Source: Candidatus Thermosaccharophagus tengchongensis
GTDB lineage: Bacteria; Armatimonadota; Fervidibacteria; Fervidibacterales; Thermosaccharophagaceae
Strand: one strand, 5' to 3'
Length of the DNA stretch: 64,000 nucleotides
Assembly (NCBI GenBank): GCA_032161105.1
Contig: JAVHTD010000003.1
Part shown: in pieces, positions 1 through 10,717 of the stretch
Layout: each line of letters opens with the position of its first letter
How positions within the stretch are numbered: the stretch's first letter is position 1
Position numbers and translations under genes: made by a program
The notes under the pieces: generated by a model
The model's database searches: none
The model's input: only the letters and a program-made list of their open reading frames with translations
What the model was told of the DNA's origin: nothing

Positions 1-1206
1 AGTCGCCATCGTGCCCCAAAATCGGCAAGGGGCAAGGTGAAGGTAACTTAACATCCGAGGCTTTTGCGGATTTGAGACATCAACGAAAACCAGCCCACCG
101 GTGATGTTTTGACCAACACATAGCACCTTGCGGCTTGACATTAATGCGACTGCGGAAAGTTCGCCGCCTTGCCGATCCGACGCAACTTGACGAATGTTTT
201 GTGGGTCTCGGACATCAAAAACTCGCAACCCAAAAGCGGAATCGCTGACGAAAATGTGACCTTTGTGGTAAACGAGCGATGTGAAGTCGGAAACTAAATT
301 GGGCAATGCATACCAACCCAGAAGTTTAGGGTTGCTCCAATCACGGACATCAAAAGCGGCGATGCCGCACTGAGCGCCTTCAAAAGGACCGGGCGCAATG
401 CCGAGAAAGTCCCTCAAGTTGCGGCGAATGACGACGAAAAGTTTACCGTCGCCGTAAGCCACAGCGGAACTGCGGATTGCGAATTCGTTGGCGGTAAGTT
501 GCGAGAATTGAATTCCGTCCACAATTCCTATCCTCTTAGGGCTTGACGGTTCACTTACATCGTAAACGACAACCTTGTTGCTGCCTGCAACGAAAAGCAA
601 ATTTCCGTCAAAGTTCGCCGGAGTGCCTTCATCAATGGTGGCAAGCAATCTGGGGCGCTTTGGGTCGCGAATGTCGTAAATTTCGGTCGTGCCTTCAAGG
701 TTGCCGTAAAACAGCGTGCTTTCAGTTGCGCAACTTGAGTAAGTCAAGCAAGGGTGGACAAGGAACTTTTGTCCTTTAAACTCGGGTCGCCATTCCTCCC
801 TTGTCCAAACCCGTTCCAATCGCCTTAAGTTCGGTCCTTCGGTTGGAACAGCCGAAAAGCGAGGGTTTGATGGGTCGGCAAGGTGGAAAAATCCTTCGCC
901 GTTTCCGTGAACCGTCCACAACCAATCGCCAATAACCCTGCAACGCATTGGCCAGCCGGGTGCTGGAAGGTAGCGAACCAAACGAGGCTTTGTAGGTTCG
1001 TGAATGTCGTAAACTAAAAGCGGGTTTGTGCTTTCGTTGAGCACCATGTAGAGCCAATCACCATAGTGAGCCAAACCGGAAGCGTTGCCGTTGAGAATGA
1101 CAACTTCACCAGCGGGGGCTATTGAGCCATTGCCATTAAATTCGCCTAATACCCCCGCAGTGAATAGCAAAAGCACACCTACTGCAAAAACTCTCGTTCT
1201 CTGCAT
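1..1206 (-). CDS. Secreted LVIVD-repeat beta-propeller protein, runs off the left edge
   Basis: Not in the ORF track. Hand translation from ATG 1206 (GGAGG upstream) gives signal-like MQRTRVFAVGVLLLFTAG and repeats VYDIHEPTKP, FDVRDWSNP, VFDVRDPQN, VDVSNPQKP. Confidence 0.75.
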   Translation of the reverse strand, partial: MQRTRVFAVGVLLLFTAGVLGEFNGNGSIAPAGEVVILNGNASGLAHYGDWLYMVLNESTNPLLVYDIHEPTKPRLVRYLPAPGWPMRCRVIGDWLWTVHGNGEGFFHLADPSNPRFSAVPTEGPNLRRLERVWTREEWRPEFKGQKFLVHPCLTYSSCATESTLFYGNLEGTTEIYDIRDPKRPRLLATIDEGTPANFDGNLLFVAGSNKVVVYDVSEPSSPKRIGIVDGIQFSQLTANEFAIRSSAVAYGDGKLFVVIRRNLRDFLGIAPGPFEGAQCGIAAFDVRDWSNPKLLGWYALPNLVSDFTSLVYHKGHIFVSDSAFGLRVFDVRDPQNIRQVASDRQGGELSAVALMSSRKVLCVGQNITGGLVFVDVSNPQKPRMLSYLHLAPCRFWGTMAT

Positions 1207-1630
1207 CTTGTTGACCTCCAAAGGTTAGATTCCCCTGCAAGGTATGTCAGTAGCAATCTTACAACGGACACAAACGGCAGGAATTAAACCTTTCGCGATT
1301 TTCCTTTGCGTGGTATACTGATGCACCTCCACCACTTCGGTTTTTAACTGCTTTTTGCCGAACAGCTTCCAATGACCCCATGATACCATAACCACCCTTA
1401 CCTGTCGAGCCTTAACCATCCCTCCTAACGCCATTAACTACAAAAGAGTGCGGGCTTTAAAGCCACTTTCAAGCCGACCATAACATAAATCCAAACCTTC
1501 ATTCCTAATCGCCCCATTCTTGGGCTCTTTCCCAGCAACCACTATTTCGCCATTTTATAGCATTTCCAACAAATTTTGCAATAGCCTGCAAACTCTGGCA
1601 TTGGAAGAAATGTCCTTCAGGTGTGTCATT

Positions 1631-2551
1631 TTAATGCACCACGCAAAAAGCCGTAATGGTGACGGTGATTGGGCAAAGGACTGTCGTGACTAAGACAATT
1701 GCTGAGGCGAGGCTTGGATTGACTTGAAATTCAATTGCGAGCAGAACAGTGTTGACAGCAGTTGGGACAGAAGCACCGAGAATCAAAACCCGCCCGAGTT
1801 CGGGTTGAATCCCGAGCAAGCTGATGATGGCAAACATTGACAAAGGTGAAACGACAAGCCGCAAAATTGCCGCAACGCTTATCGCTGCCCCATTCTTTAA
1901 CCTTGTTTGCTCTGCCAACTGAACTCCCAAGGTCACAAGCGCGACAGGAATGAGTCCGTCACCCAAGTATCTCAGCGAAATCAGCAAAGGTTTGGGCAGG
2001 GAAGCTTTTGTTGCCGAGATGAAGATGCCTAATGCGACGGCGTAAATTAAGGGCATTGAAAGAACCCTCTTTGCCGCCCCCACAAATGAAAGTTTCGCCC
2101 GCGCTAAAAGCCAGATGCCAACAGTGAAAGTCAGCACATTGTTGAATGCCAACACAAGGGCTTGGTAGCCGACAAATTGTCGTCCCAAGACAAGCTCAAT
2201 GAGCGGCAAACCGAAGTTTCCCGAATTTCCCAACATTGCCCCCAAGGTGATTGTTGCCCTTGTTTCAGAGTCAAACTTTGCCAATCGCCCGACGAGGTGA
2301 CTCAACATCCACAGCACCATCGCATTAACGAAAACCGCAATTGCGACAGTCCCAATTGTTTGAACTGAAAGGGGAGTTTCAGCGAGCCGAGAAAGCGTCA
2401 GCGCTGGAACGAAAAGGTAAAGGTTCACGCGGTTTAGCGCGCCAGCGTCTATTTTCATCCGCCGTTGAAACAAATACCCCAACACAACCAATAACAAAAT
2501 CGGCAAGACTCGTTCCCAAAAGAGCAAACCAAGAGCACTGACGAGCCTCAT
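1631..2551 (-). CDS. AEC (auxin efflux carrier) family transporter
   Basis: About 10 TM segments; YLFVPAL, GNSGNFGLPL and LRLVVSPL motifs. Confidence 0.85.
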   Translation of the reverse strand: MRLVSALGLLFWERVLPILLLVVLGYLFQRRMKIDAGALNRVNLYLFVPALTLSRLAETPLSVQTIGTVAIAVFVNAMVLWMLSHLVGRLAKFDSETRATITLGAMLGNSGNFGLPLIELVLGRQFVGYQALVLAFNNVLTFTVGIWLLARAKLSFVGAAKRVLSMPLIYAVALGIFISATKASLPKPLLISLRYLGDGLIPVALVTLGVQLAEQTRLKNGAAISVAAILRLVVSPLSMFAIISLLGIQPELGRVLILGASVPTAVNTVLLAIEFQVNPSLASAIVLVTTVLCPITVTITAFCVVH

Positions 2552-2623
2552 CCAATTTCACTCTCGGACCATTGCCTCTACGGTAGCACTTCAACCAGAG
2601 GTTACCCAACACTTTGGTGTTCA

Positions 2624-4594
2624 TCAATATGGCAATTGTGAGACTGCTTTTGAGACAATGGCGACGGCTGCACAGAACATGCCGACCAATCCCATACCGC
2701 ATGAGTATCCACCGAGCAGGACTGCGGCATATCTTCGCCAAGTATCTGGGTCAATTCGCTTCTCAATGTAGTATCGCCTGACGAGTGCGCCAGCAAACTC
2801 AACAAAGATGTAGTGCGGAAGTATGCCAGACATTCCCCGTATGAAGCCATAAATGAGCAGGATTGGCAGCTGGAATGCGTAAAGTATGCCATAGGCTGCA
2901 AGTGATGCCGTGTAAAATGTGGCAATGACTGGGAATTTGACTGCCTGAAGCAATGCCTGTTTCTCCTTCGCTGTGGCAGTCCACCAAAGTGAGCTGTAAA
3001 AAGCCCACAATGGCCACATCTTTTGGGCATACGGATATACGGAGCTGGGTATCGGAGCCAATCGCCATATGATTTGCCACACGGCAAGGTTGCTCGGTAT
3101 GGCAATGCAAATGACGAGGATGACGGCTTTCAATAAGCTCGTGAATTTTGTCCCAGTCAATTCAACGATGCGCCAGTGCTGTGCAGCACCGCCGTAGTCG
3201 GCTATCGGTATCGGCGCAAACCAAATGTCAATGCCTTTGTAGCCAGTGAGCTTGCTATAAAGGATGAAGGTTGCCTCCCTGACATACGGGATTGTTATCC
3301 ATTGCCCGGTCAAGCCAATCATGCGCGCATCAACATACGAGGTGAGCGGAGTGTAAACGAAGGCAAAAAATAGCAAGAACCAGAGGTAAAAGTGCGGTAT
3401 TAGATGCCGGCAAAGAACAACATATGCTGTAGCGGCAAGTATGTAGCCAGCAAGCATAACCGGGATTGGAAAATCACCGCGCCCAGGTGGCGGCGTGAAA
3501 GTGCCACGCTCCCTTCTCCCGCCCTCCTTAAGCTTAAGCGCCGATGTTATCACTGAGCCGATACCGAGCGTCGCAACAGCGAGTGAAACACCAATGCTTG
3601 CGCTCAGCCAAAAGTCGTAGTGGTTGACTGTCTGAGTTTGTATCGTATCCATTCCGGGGCGCCATTGCTTTAAGAAGCCCTTGTAATAGAGGATTGGGTT
3701 AAGGATGAGGACGAGGAGAGCAGCAATGAAACCGCCAGTGACGGACCAAAATGGCGCAACGAAGCCGTAAAGGAATGAGCCCAAGTCAGTCCCAATGCCA
3801 GTCGGTGTCGCCGGCAGAACATTTTGTGTGTTGTGTGTGAGCTCAATGAATGGTATTTTGATGAGCTGTAATGGGCGAGTCATCAATGCTCCGGTGAGCG
3901 TCGGTATGCCGACATAGAAGATGCCCCATGCAAGTCCAATCATTGCACCGATTGAGAATATGCGCCAACGCCAAGTCTCTTCCTTTGTGGTTATTTCGGC
4001 AAGCGCTGTAGCCGAGAGCGCTCCGACTGGCGCAAGCGGGAATGGCAACCGCTCATAATCGGATGTGACCCTGAAGAGCAAATAGCCAAAGCTGAATCCC
4101 TTCACTTGCCCAACGACGCTCCCAAATAGCATGAGCAGTATTGGCGCAATCCAATGCGGGTGGAAAAATGTGCGATGGATGATCGCTGGCGAGTTAGCTG
4201 GCGGGACAACCCAAGTTGGTATCTCATCCGCTATGCCAAGACCTTTCGTCACATGTGATGTGCGAAGGTAAACATTCCATATGAAGCCCTGAAACGGGTT
4301 TGTCCCTATGAGAGCACTCGCAACTACAACGAGGAGATAAACCTCTTGGCGGCGCAACACCATAAACGAGCGCCTTGCAACTTCAACGAAGAGGATAACC
4401 GTCACCCACTGTGCTGCAGCGCCGAGTGTGTGCCCAGCGACAAGCCAAAGGTAAATTGACCCCGGAAGGAAGACGAAGGCGACAAACAGCGCCCCAACAA
4501 CAGTCTTCAGCGTGAAGCCCTCTTCAAACTCCTTAGGGACATCCATCAGGCGACGATACTCTTCAAGCTCTGCATCAACGCCTATCGCTGGCAC
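2624..4594 (-). CDS. Polytopic membrane protein, OPT-like putative peptide transporter
   Basis: 656 aa, many TM helices; EEGFT and ERLPFPLAPV segments. Confidence 0.6.
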   Translation of the reverse strand: MPAIGVDAELEEYRRLMDVPKEFEEGFTLKTVVGALFVAFVFLPGSIYLWLVAGHTLGAAAQWVTVILFVEVARRSFMVLRRQEVYLLVVVASALIGTNPFQGFIWNVYLRTSHVTKGLGIADEIPTWVVPPANSPAIIHRTFFHPHWIAPILLMLFGSVVGQVKGFSFGYLLFRVTSDYERLPFPLAPVGALSATALAEITTKEETWRWRIFSIGAMIGLAWGIFYVGIPTLTGALMTRPLQLIKIPFIELTHNTQNVLPATPTGIGTDLGSFLYGFVAPFWSVTGGFIAALLVLILNPILYYKGFLKQWRPGMDTIQTQTVNHYDFWLSASIGVSLAVATLGIGSVITSALKLKEGGRRERGTFTPPPGRGDFPIPVMLAGYILAATAYVVLCRHLIPHFYLWFLLFFAFVYTPLTSYVDARMIGLTGQWITIPYVREATFILYSKLTGYKGIDIWFAPIPIADYGGAAQHWRIVELTGTKFTSLLKAVILVICIAIPSNLAVWQIIWRLAPIPSSVYPYAQKMWPLWAFYSSLWWTATAKEKQALLQAVKFPVIATFYTASLAAYGILYAFQLPILLIYGFIRGMSGILPHYIFVEFAGALVRRYYIEKRIDPDTWRRYAAVLLGGYSCGMGLVGMFCAAVAIVSKAVSQLPY

Positions 4595-4753
4595 CTGTAA
4601 CCCCTCCCCATAGCTATTGCGTTTTGGCGAGCGGCTGTGAGGATAATCGTATCAAAGCATAGCGCATGCGCAATACCGTGTGAACATAGCAACAGCCGTC
4701 AATGAGCATTTTCGCTGCGCCAATGCATGGCTACCTACAGCGCTCCAATTGCA

Positions 4754-5812
4754 TCACCTTGCTAAGTTGGGTGCCTTAAATAGGTAAGCTTTGATGACCT
4801 TGAGCTGTCCCCTTCTGACCGCGCTTTTAAACCGCTCAATATCACCGAGCACATATAGCGCTGTCGCCAGCGGATCGGCAATGATGCCCTCTGAGGCGAT
4901 GACAGTCGCCGCAAGCCCTTTAATCGGCACGATGCCAATGTGCGGGTCAACTATGTGCGAGTAGCGCACGCCATCAATTTCAACGAACTGCTCAGTGTCT
5001 CCGGATGTGGCTACAGCTGCATTTGCAACGGTAATGATGCGCTGACACTCACGAGTGCCATTCAGGCTCTCAACATTGCCGTGAAAGTGAGGCAGTTCAA
5101 CCTTCCATCCATCCTCATTCGGTGGCGGACCACCAACCACAATGTCGCCACCTGCCTCAACGAGTGCCCTCTGTATGCCGTGCCGACGAAGCACTTCAAT
5201 TGCCCGATCAAGCATGTAGCCCTTCGCTATACCGCCGAGGTCAAGCAACATACCCGGCTCAGCGAGCTGAACAGTCTTTGAAGAGGCATCAAGGCGCATC
5301 TTTCGCCAACCGACTTTGTTCAATGCCGCTTGCAAATCACTTTCCGATGGCAACCGACCGAGCCTGCGCGCATTACGCCAAAGCCGACTCAACGGACCAA
5401 CCGTCACATCAAATGCACCATCAGTCAACTCGGAAACCTTTTGAGCAAACTCAAGCACTGTAAAAAGCTCATCGCTAACTCTGACTGGAGCGCCGCCGGC
5501 ACTCGCGCATAGGCGCATGAGTTCGCTCTTCGGACGGTAGTCGCTGAAGATGTCCTCAAGCTCTGCAATGCGCTTGAACGCCGCAACGCACGCCCTTTCG
5601 GCGCTCGCTTCATCTTCGGCATATAAGACGATGCGAACTTTCATCCCCATGTGAATTTGGGCATACTCAAATCGCCGCAATGTCGCATCTCTGCCTGCCG
5701 CAAGAAAACAGAGCGCGCACAGGATGTAGAAAAGCAATGCGGCGCTAAAGCGGGCAATGCGGCAACGCGAGCCTTCGGTCGCCGCAAGGTGCAAATGCCC
5801 ACGGCGCATCAT
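4754..5812 (-). CDS. apbE: FAD:protein FMN transferase; start uncertain (ORF open to 5959)
   Basis: HMG, GAFDVTVGPL, DLGGIAKGY, ATSGD and YSHIVDP motifs. Confidence 0.9.
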   Translation of the reverse strand: MMRRGHLHLAATEGSRCRIARFSAALLFYILCALCFLAAGRDATLRRFEYAQIHMGMKVRIVLYAEDEASAERACVAAFKRIAELEDIFSDYRPKSELMRLCASAGGAPVRVSDELFTVLEFAQKVSELTDGAFDVTVGPLSRLWRNARRLGRLPSESDLQAALNKVGWRKMRLDASSKTVQLAEPGMLLDLGGIAKGYMLDRAIEVLRRHGIQRALVEAGGDIVVGGPPPNEDGWKVELPHFHGNVESLNGTRECQRIITVANAAVATSGDTEQFVEIDGVRYSHIVDPHIGIVPIKGLAATVIASEGIIADPLATALYVLGDIERFKSAVRRGQLKVIKAYLFKAPNLAR

Positions 5813-5894
5813 CGTTGGTGTGAGCCTTACAGGTAATTTCACACCGCAAGCATCGGCGGAAGAAGCGAAGGTGCCCCTCATATTCATCGCCCGC

Positions 5895-7055
5895 TTAAAA
5901 CGACGCCCTAAACTCCTGCGGCGGCTCTTCGCACAGCCCAAAGAAATGGCGCAGCCCATGAACTATGCGTTGAGATGCTTTACCATCACCATATGGATTG
6001 ACACTGCGAGCCATTCGCGCATAAGCGTTCTCATCGGATAGCAACCTGCAAAGCTCATCCACAATTGCGCTCTCATCAGTCCCGACGAGCTTAGCTACGC
6101 CGGCTTCAATCGCCTCCGGGCGTTCCGTCACATTGCGCAGCACCAAAACCGGCTTCCCGAGCGCGGGCGCTTCCTCTTGGACGCCGCCAGAATCGGTCAC
6201 GATGACATGCGCAAGCCTCATGAGCTGGACAAAGCCAAAGTAATCTGGCGGATCAATCAACTCAACGCGCTCGTGCGAACCGAGGTAAGACACCGCAATC
6301 TCTCTGACGACCGGATTGCGGTGCATTGGGAAGACAACTCGCACATCCTTGAATCGCTCAAGGACGCGAGTCAATGCACGGCATATGCGCTTTAATGGCT
6401 CACCCCAATTCTCACGCCTGTGAGCTGTGACAAGCAATGTGCGCCGTGAGCTGTTGGAATGAACTGGCGGAAGGCGCTCCAAGCACTCAAGCAGCGCATC
6501 AACAACGGTGTTTCCGGTGACGAATATGCGTTTCGCCTCAACACCCTCCTGCAGCAAATTCTGCTTTGCCCTAACCGTTGGAGCAAAGTGCAAGTCAGCT
6601 ATCGCTCCAATCAGGCGCCTGTTGATTTCCTCCGGGAACGGTTGCATCTTATCATGTGTGCGCAAGCCGGCTTCAACATGCGCCGATGACACGCGATGGT
6701 AATACGCAGCAAGCGTTGCCGCAAACGCCGTTGTGGTGTCACCTTGAACCATAACCATGTCAACGCGCTCTTTGCTGAGCACACCATCAAGCCCGTCCAA
6801 TGCACGGCATGTTATTTCCGTTAGCGTTTGCCCATGCTGCATGATGTTGAGGTCGTAGTCGGGGCGCAGCTCAAAGAAGCTCAGGAACTGATCAAGCATT
6901 TCCCTGTGCTGTGCTGTGACGGTTATGATGACCTCAAATTCATCGCATCCTTTGAGGGCTTTGATGACTGGCGCAAGCTTGATGCACTCCGGTCTCGTCC
7001 CAAACACAACCATTAGGCGAATGCGCCTTGAACCGCGATTGAAACCAATTGCCAC
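5895..7055 (-). CDS. wecB: UDP-N-acetylglucosamine 2-epimerase (non-hydrolysing)
   Basis: VFGTRPE, QHREML, VQGDT, HVEAGLRT, TDSGGVQEEAP, NPYGDG. Confidence 0.95.
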   Translation of the reverse strand: MAIGFNRGSRRIRLMVVFGTRPECIKLAPVIKALKGCDEFEVIITVTAQHREMLDQFLSFFELRPDYDLNIMQHGQTLTEITCRALDGLDGVLSKERVDMVMVQGDTTTAFAATLAAYYHRVSSAHVEAGLRTHDKMQPFPEEINRRLIGAIADLHFAPTVRAKQNLLQEGVEAKRIFVTGNTVVDALLECLERLPPVHSNSSRRTLLVTAHRRENWGEPLKRICRALTRVLERFKDVRVVFPMHRNPVVREIAVSYLGSHERVELIDPPDYFGFVQLMRLAHVIVTDSGGVQEEAPALGKPVLVLRNVTERPEAIEAGVAKLVGTDESAIVDELCRLLSDENAYARMARSVNPYGDGKASQRIVHGLRHFFGLCEEPPQEFRASF

Positions 7056-7136
7056 TTAAGGATGCACCTCACATGATGTGCAATGCGGATGGGAACTTGA
7101 TTTAAGCGCGTTGAGTTTGCCCAATCAACCTCACAC

Positions 7137-7685
7137 TTAACCACCGCGATGCAAGCGATACCAAGTCAAGAGCAATCCGCAAATGGTCTTTGCGTCCTTA
7201 ATCCTGCCGGCTTCAATTTGAGCTATAGCTTCATCAAGCGTCATCTCAACCAGCTCAATGAACTCCTCCTCATCGGCGCTGCGCTCCTCCGGCTCCAATT
7301 CGGTTGCCAAGAAAACATGCAGCTTCTCCGTGCTGTAGCCGGGTGCAAGGTAAATTGAGAACAGCTCCTCAAGCCTTCCGGCACGGTAGCCTATTTCCTC
7401 GGCAAGCTCCCTTTGCGCGCATTCAAACGGGCTTTCACCCTCACCCAATGTGCCTGCAGGTATTTCAAGCAAAAGCTCATCAGCCGGCTTTCGGAATTGG
7501 CGAATGAGTATGACGGTGTTTGGTGATGGCATTGGGACAACTGCAGCTGCGCCACGATGCTCAACGATTTCCCTCGTCGTCACTCGTCCGTTGGGTAAGA
7601 CGACAGTGTCAACTCGCAAGCTCACAACCCTGCCCTCATAAACCCTTCTGCTTTCAATCGTCCTTTCGGTGAGCTCAATTGGCAC
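7137..7685 (-). CDS. nudF: NUDIX hydrolase, ADP-ribose pyrophosphatase-like
   Basis: Nudix box EIPAG..RELAEEIG; C-terminal IKDAKT. Confidence 0.85.
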   Translation of the reverse strand: MPIELTERTIESRRVYEGRVVSLRVDTVVLPNGRVTTREIVEHRGAAAVVPMPSPNTVILIRQFRKPADELLLEIPAGTLGEGESPFECAQRELAEEIGYRAGRLEELFSIYLAPGYSTEKLHVFLATELEPEERSADEEEFIELVEMTLDEAIAQIEAGRIKDAKTICGLLLTWYRLHRGG

Positions 7686-7865
7686 ACACCATCACCCCTC
7701 TAACGCTACCATCTGAGCTCGCCCTGCCAATTGAATCACAGCAAGTTGCCCGACCTTCTCTCACGATAGCGCAAGTTGGTGAGCTTTTACAGCCCGTCAA
7801 ACGCAGCAAAATTTTTGAATTGGCGTGTCGGATGGAAAAAAGAAAGCCATGTAGAGGTGAGCCTC

Positions 7866-9212
7866 GTGAGGCTCCGTTCAACGCATGTCTTGCTGCTCGC
7901 TTTGATAGCCATAGTCCTCATCGGCATCATCGTGAATGCAATCGTCACATCACAAAGGGCAATCCTCAATCGTCCACCCGACATTGAGATCTTAGTTACA
8001 GGGAAAATGCGCGGGCGCTTTGAACTTTGCGGATGCCCGGGCGAGAGAGCCATGAGCCTCCCAGTAAGGGCGCAGGCTATAAGGGAGTTGACTTTAACGC
8101 CGGAGCTCCGCGAGAGGCTGATATTGATTGAATCGGGCGATTTCACATCCGATAGGGAATCGGTCAAAGTGGCAATGCTGGCATTCAAGATGCTCGGATA
8201 TGACCTTGTGTCAATCGCGCAGGGTGAACAACCACACATTGATGAAGTCCTCTCACAGGCGAAGAGGCTCAACATAAAGTTGCTGGCAAGGGGCATTAAG
8301 GGAGGCGAAGTTACGGGTGGACTTTGCAAGTCACTTTGGACGCTGGATTGCTCAAAGTATAAGGTCGCATTCATCACAACCGGCATTCAGCCAACCTCAT
8401 CATCGGATAAAGCTGTGAAGGCAAAATGGGACGAAGTGATGCAAGACATCAAATCGGCTTCAAAGAGCGCCAATGTGGTCATCCTCGTGAACTACTGGAA
8501 CATGGAATTGCTCAAGAGCGTGATGAAGGCAACAGATGCAGGCAGGCTTATCACCGCTGTCATCAACCATGCATCTTCGCAGCAGCTTAGGCGTCCAGAA
8601 ATGCAAAGGCAACTTGAGACAAGCCTCCTCACACTGCCCAACTCGCTATTGCCGATGCCGTTGCTGAGGATATGGATCCGCAAGGGTAAGGTGCGCTACA
8701 TCAGCATGGCAACACACACCGTTGCCGAAAGAATACCCGATGAGAAAATCAAAGCCATCGTTGAGGCTTACTACAGGGAGAGGCAGAAGAGGCTCATGGC
8801 GCAATGGTCGGTTATCGTCAGGCGTGCAAGGAAATACACACCGCCAAACGCGTGCGCCGAGTGCCATGAAGGTGAGTATCGCCAGTGGCTGACGACGAAG
8901 CACGCAAGCGCGATTCAGACGCTGAAAGAAAGGCATCGTCTGGAACCGGACTGCTTGAAGTGCCACTCTGAGGAGTTCAGACAAACAAAGCGCCTGACGG
9001 CGACCGAGAAAGGAAGGGGCGTTGAGTGCGTTTCATGCCATGTTGAACTCAAAGATCCGACTAAGGTTAAAGAGCACGGTCAAATGCCATCAGACAGGGC
9101 ACGCCCTCCAAGGGTTGACCCACAAAAGGTGTGCGTGCAGTGCCACAATAGAGAGCACAGCCCACAATTTGAAACCATGCAGTCGGATTACATGAGCAAG
9201 GTGAGGCATTGA
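7866..9212 (+). CDS. Membrane-anchored tetraheme cytochrome c (c554/c552-like) with degenerate 5'-nucleotidase-like N-terminal domain; ORF open from 7776
   Basis: N-terminal TM, CGC motif, ESGDF; four CxxCH (CAECH, CLKCH, CVSCH, CVQCH); GAGGTGA before GTG 7866. Confidence 0.75.
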   Translation: MRLRSTHVLLLALIAIVLIGIIVNAIVTSQRAILNRPPDIEILVTGKMRGRFELCGCPGERAMSLPVRAQAIRELTLTPELRERLILIESGDFTSDRESVKVAMLAFKMLGYDLVSIAQGEQPHIDEVLSQAKRLNIKLLARGIKGGEVTGGLCKSLWTLDCSKYKVAFITTGIQPTSSSDKAVKAKWDEVMQDIKSASKSANVVILVNYWNMELLKSVMKATDAGRLITAVINHASSQQLRRPEMQRQLETSLLTLPNSLLPMPLLRIWIRKGKVRYISMATHTVAERIPDEKIKAIVEAYYRERQKRLMAQWSVIVRRARKYTPPNACAECHEGEYRQWLTTKHASAIQTLKERHRLEPDCLKCHSEEFRQTKRLTATEKGRGVECVSCHVELKDPTKVKEHGQMPSDRARPPRVDPQKVCVQCHNREHSPQFETMQSDYMSKVRH

Positions 9213-9291
9213 CTTAGCCGCGTCAGCATTCGGTCACAAAGATGGATGCGACGAAGCCCTATGCATGTTCGGAGCGTGTGCCTTATGTGGC

Positions 9292-10710
9292 TTAATAGGG
9301 CGCTTCAAGCTCTCCATGCTCCTCATCACGGGCTACATCCGCAAACCGCGTGTAGCGCTTATCAAACTTCATCATGAACCTACCTGTAGGACCACTGCGC
9401 TGCTTTGCGATGATGACCTCTATGTCCTCAACTAATGGTCTACCCTCCTCAGCACCCTCAGCAGCTGCTTTCTTTCTCCTGCCCTTTTCATCCTCATCCT
9501 GCCTGTGGAGGAAGACGACGACATCAGCTTCGGCTTCAATTGCGCCGCTGTCGCGCAAGTCAGCGAGCATTGGTCTCCTTCCGGGACGATGCTCAACTGC
9601 CCTTGAAAGCTGTGATAGCGCCATCAGCGGAACATTCAACTCACGGGCGAGCAGCTTCAATGAGCGAGCTATGTCGGACACCTCCTGCGCCCTCGTCTCA
9701 GCCTTCCTTGGTGGCTTGACAAGTTGAAGGTAGTCAACGATGATTAAGCCAAGTCCCTTTTCAGCTTGCAGCCTCCTTGACAGCGCCCTTATTTCAAATG
9801 GGGATAGGTCTGGCGAGTCAACGATGTATATAGGAGCCTCGTATAGGTGCTGGCAGGCGAGTGAAAGCCTCTCCAAATCCTCATCGGCTACTGTTGAGCG
9901 CCTCATCACATGTTGGTCAACCATGGCGTATGTGCAAAGCATCCTTTGGATTAGCTCCTGCTTTGACATCTCAAGGCTGAATATGACGACTACCTGCCTT
10001 TCCTTGACCGCTACATTCAGCGCAACGCACAGTGCAAACGATGTCTTACCAACGCCGGGACGCGCTGCGACCACTATTAGTTCGGAGGGTTGCAAACCGC
10101 CAGTCCAGTAATCAAACATTCTGAACCCCGTCGGTATGCCGGTAAGGACGCCACCAAGTTCGTAGCGCCTTTCAATCTTGCTCCATGCCTCCATCAGCAA
10201 GCGCTGCAGCGGCTCATAGTGTGCACTGAGCCGTCTTTGACCGACTGATAGCACCTCAGCCTCAGCCCTGTCAATGACGGTATCCACATCCTCTTGCTCC
10301 TCATATGCCCATGCGGATATCCGTGATGCCGCAAGTATCAATCGGCGCAGTATCGCCTTGTCCACAACTATGCGCGCGTAGTCGGGAGCATTAACAGTGG
10401 ATGGACAACTCTCTATCAGAGTGCCGATATAGGCAGACCCGCCGACATGATCAAGTTGGTTGATTTTCCTGAGCTCATTGACGACCGTCACCATGTCCGT
10501 CGGTTCACCGCGATTGTAAAGCCGCAGGATGACATCGTATATGACCCTGTGATGCTCGTAGTAAAAGTCATCCGGGCGAAGTATAGTAGCCACCTGCGCA
10601 ACCGCGTCCTTATCAACCATCATCGCACCTAACACCGCTTGCTCAGCCTCAAGGCTATTCGGCATGACCCTATCAATTCCGGTTGCTTGAATGCCAGACA
10701 TGTTCACCAC
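9292..10710 (-). CDS. dnaB: Replicative DNA helicase
   Basis: EAEQAVLG, AARPGVGKT, FSLEM, IVDYLQL, LSQLSR, DLRDSGAIE; no intein. Confidence 0.97.
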   Translation of the reverse strand: MVNMSGIQATGIDRVMPNSLEAEQAVLGAMMVDKDAVAQVATILRPDDFYYEHHRVIYDVILRLYNRGEPTDMVTVVNELRKINQLDHVGGSAYIGTLIESCPSTVNAPDYARIVVDKAILRRLILAASRISAWAYEEQEDVDTVIDRAEAEVLSVGQRRLSAHYEPLQRLLMEAWSKIERRYELGGVLTGIPTGFRMFDYWTGGLQPSELIVVAARPGVGKTSFALCVALNVAVKERQVVVIFSLEMSKQELIQRMLCTYAMVDQHVMRRSTVADEDLERLSLACQHLYEAPIYIVDSPDLSPFEIRALSRRLQAEKGLGLIIVDYLQLVKPPRKAETRAQEVSDIARSLKLLARELNVPLMALSQLSRAVEHRPGRRPMLADLRDSGAIEAEADVVVFLHRQDEDEKGRRKKAAAEGAEEGRPLVEDIEVIIAKQRSGPTGRFMMKFDKRYTRFADVARDEEHGELEAPY

Positions 10711-10717
10711 TCGCCTG

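Noticed and set aside
543..1434. Short track ORFs 543-779, 776-1057 and 1225-1434
   Set aside because: The first two shadow the LVIVD gene; the third has no recognisable motif
9292..10710. Possible intein in DnaB
   Set aside because: Normal length and contiguous motifs
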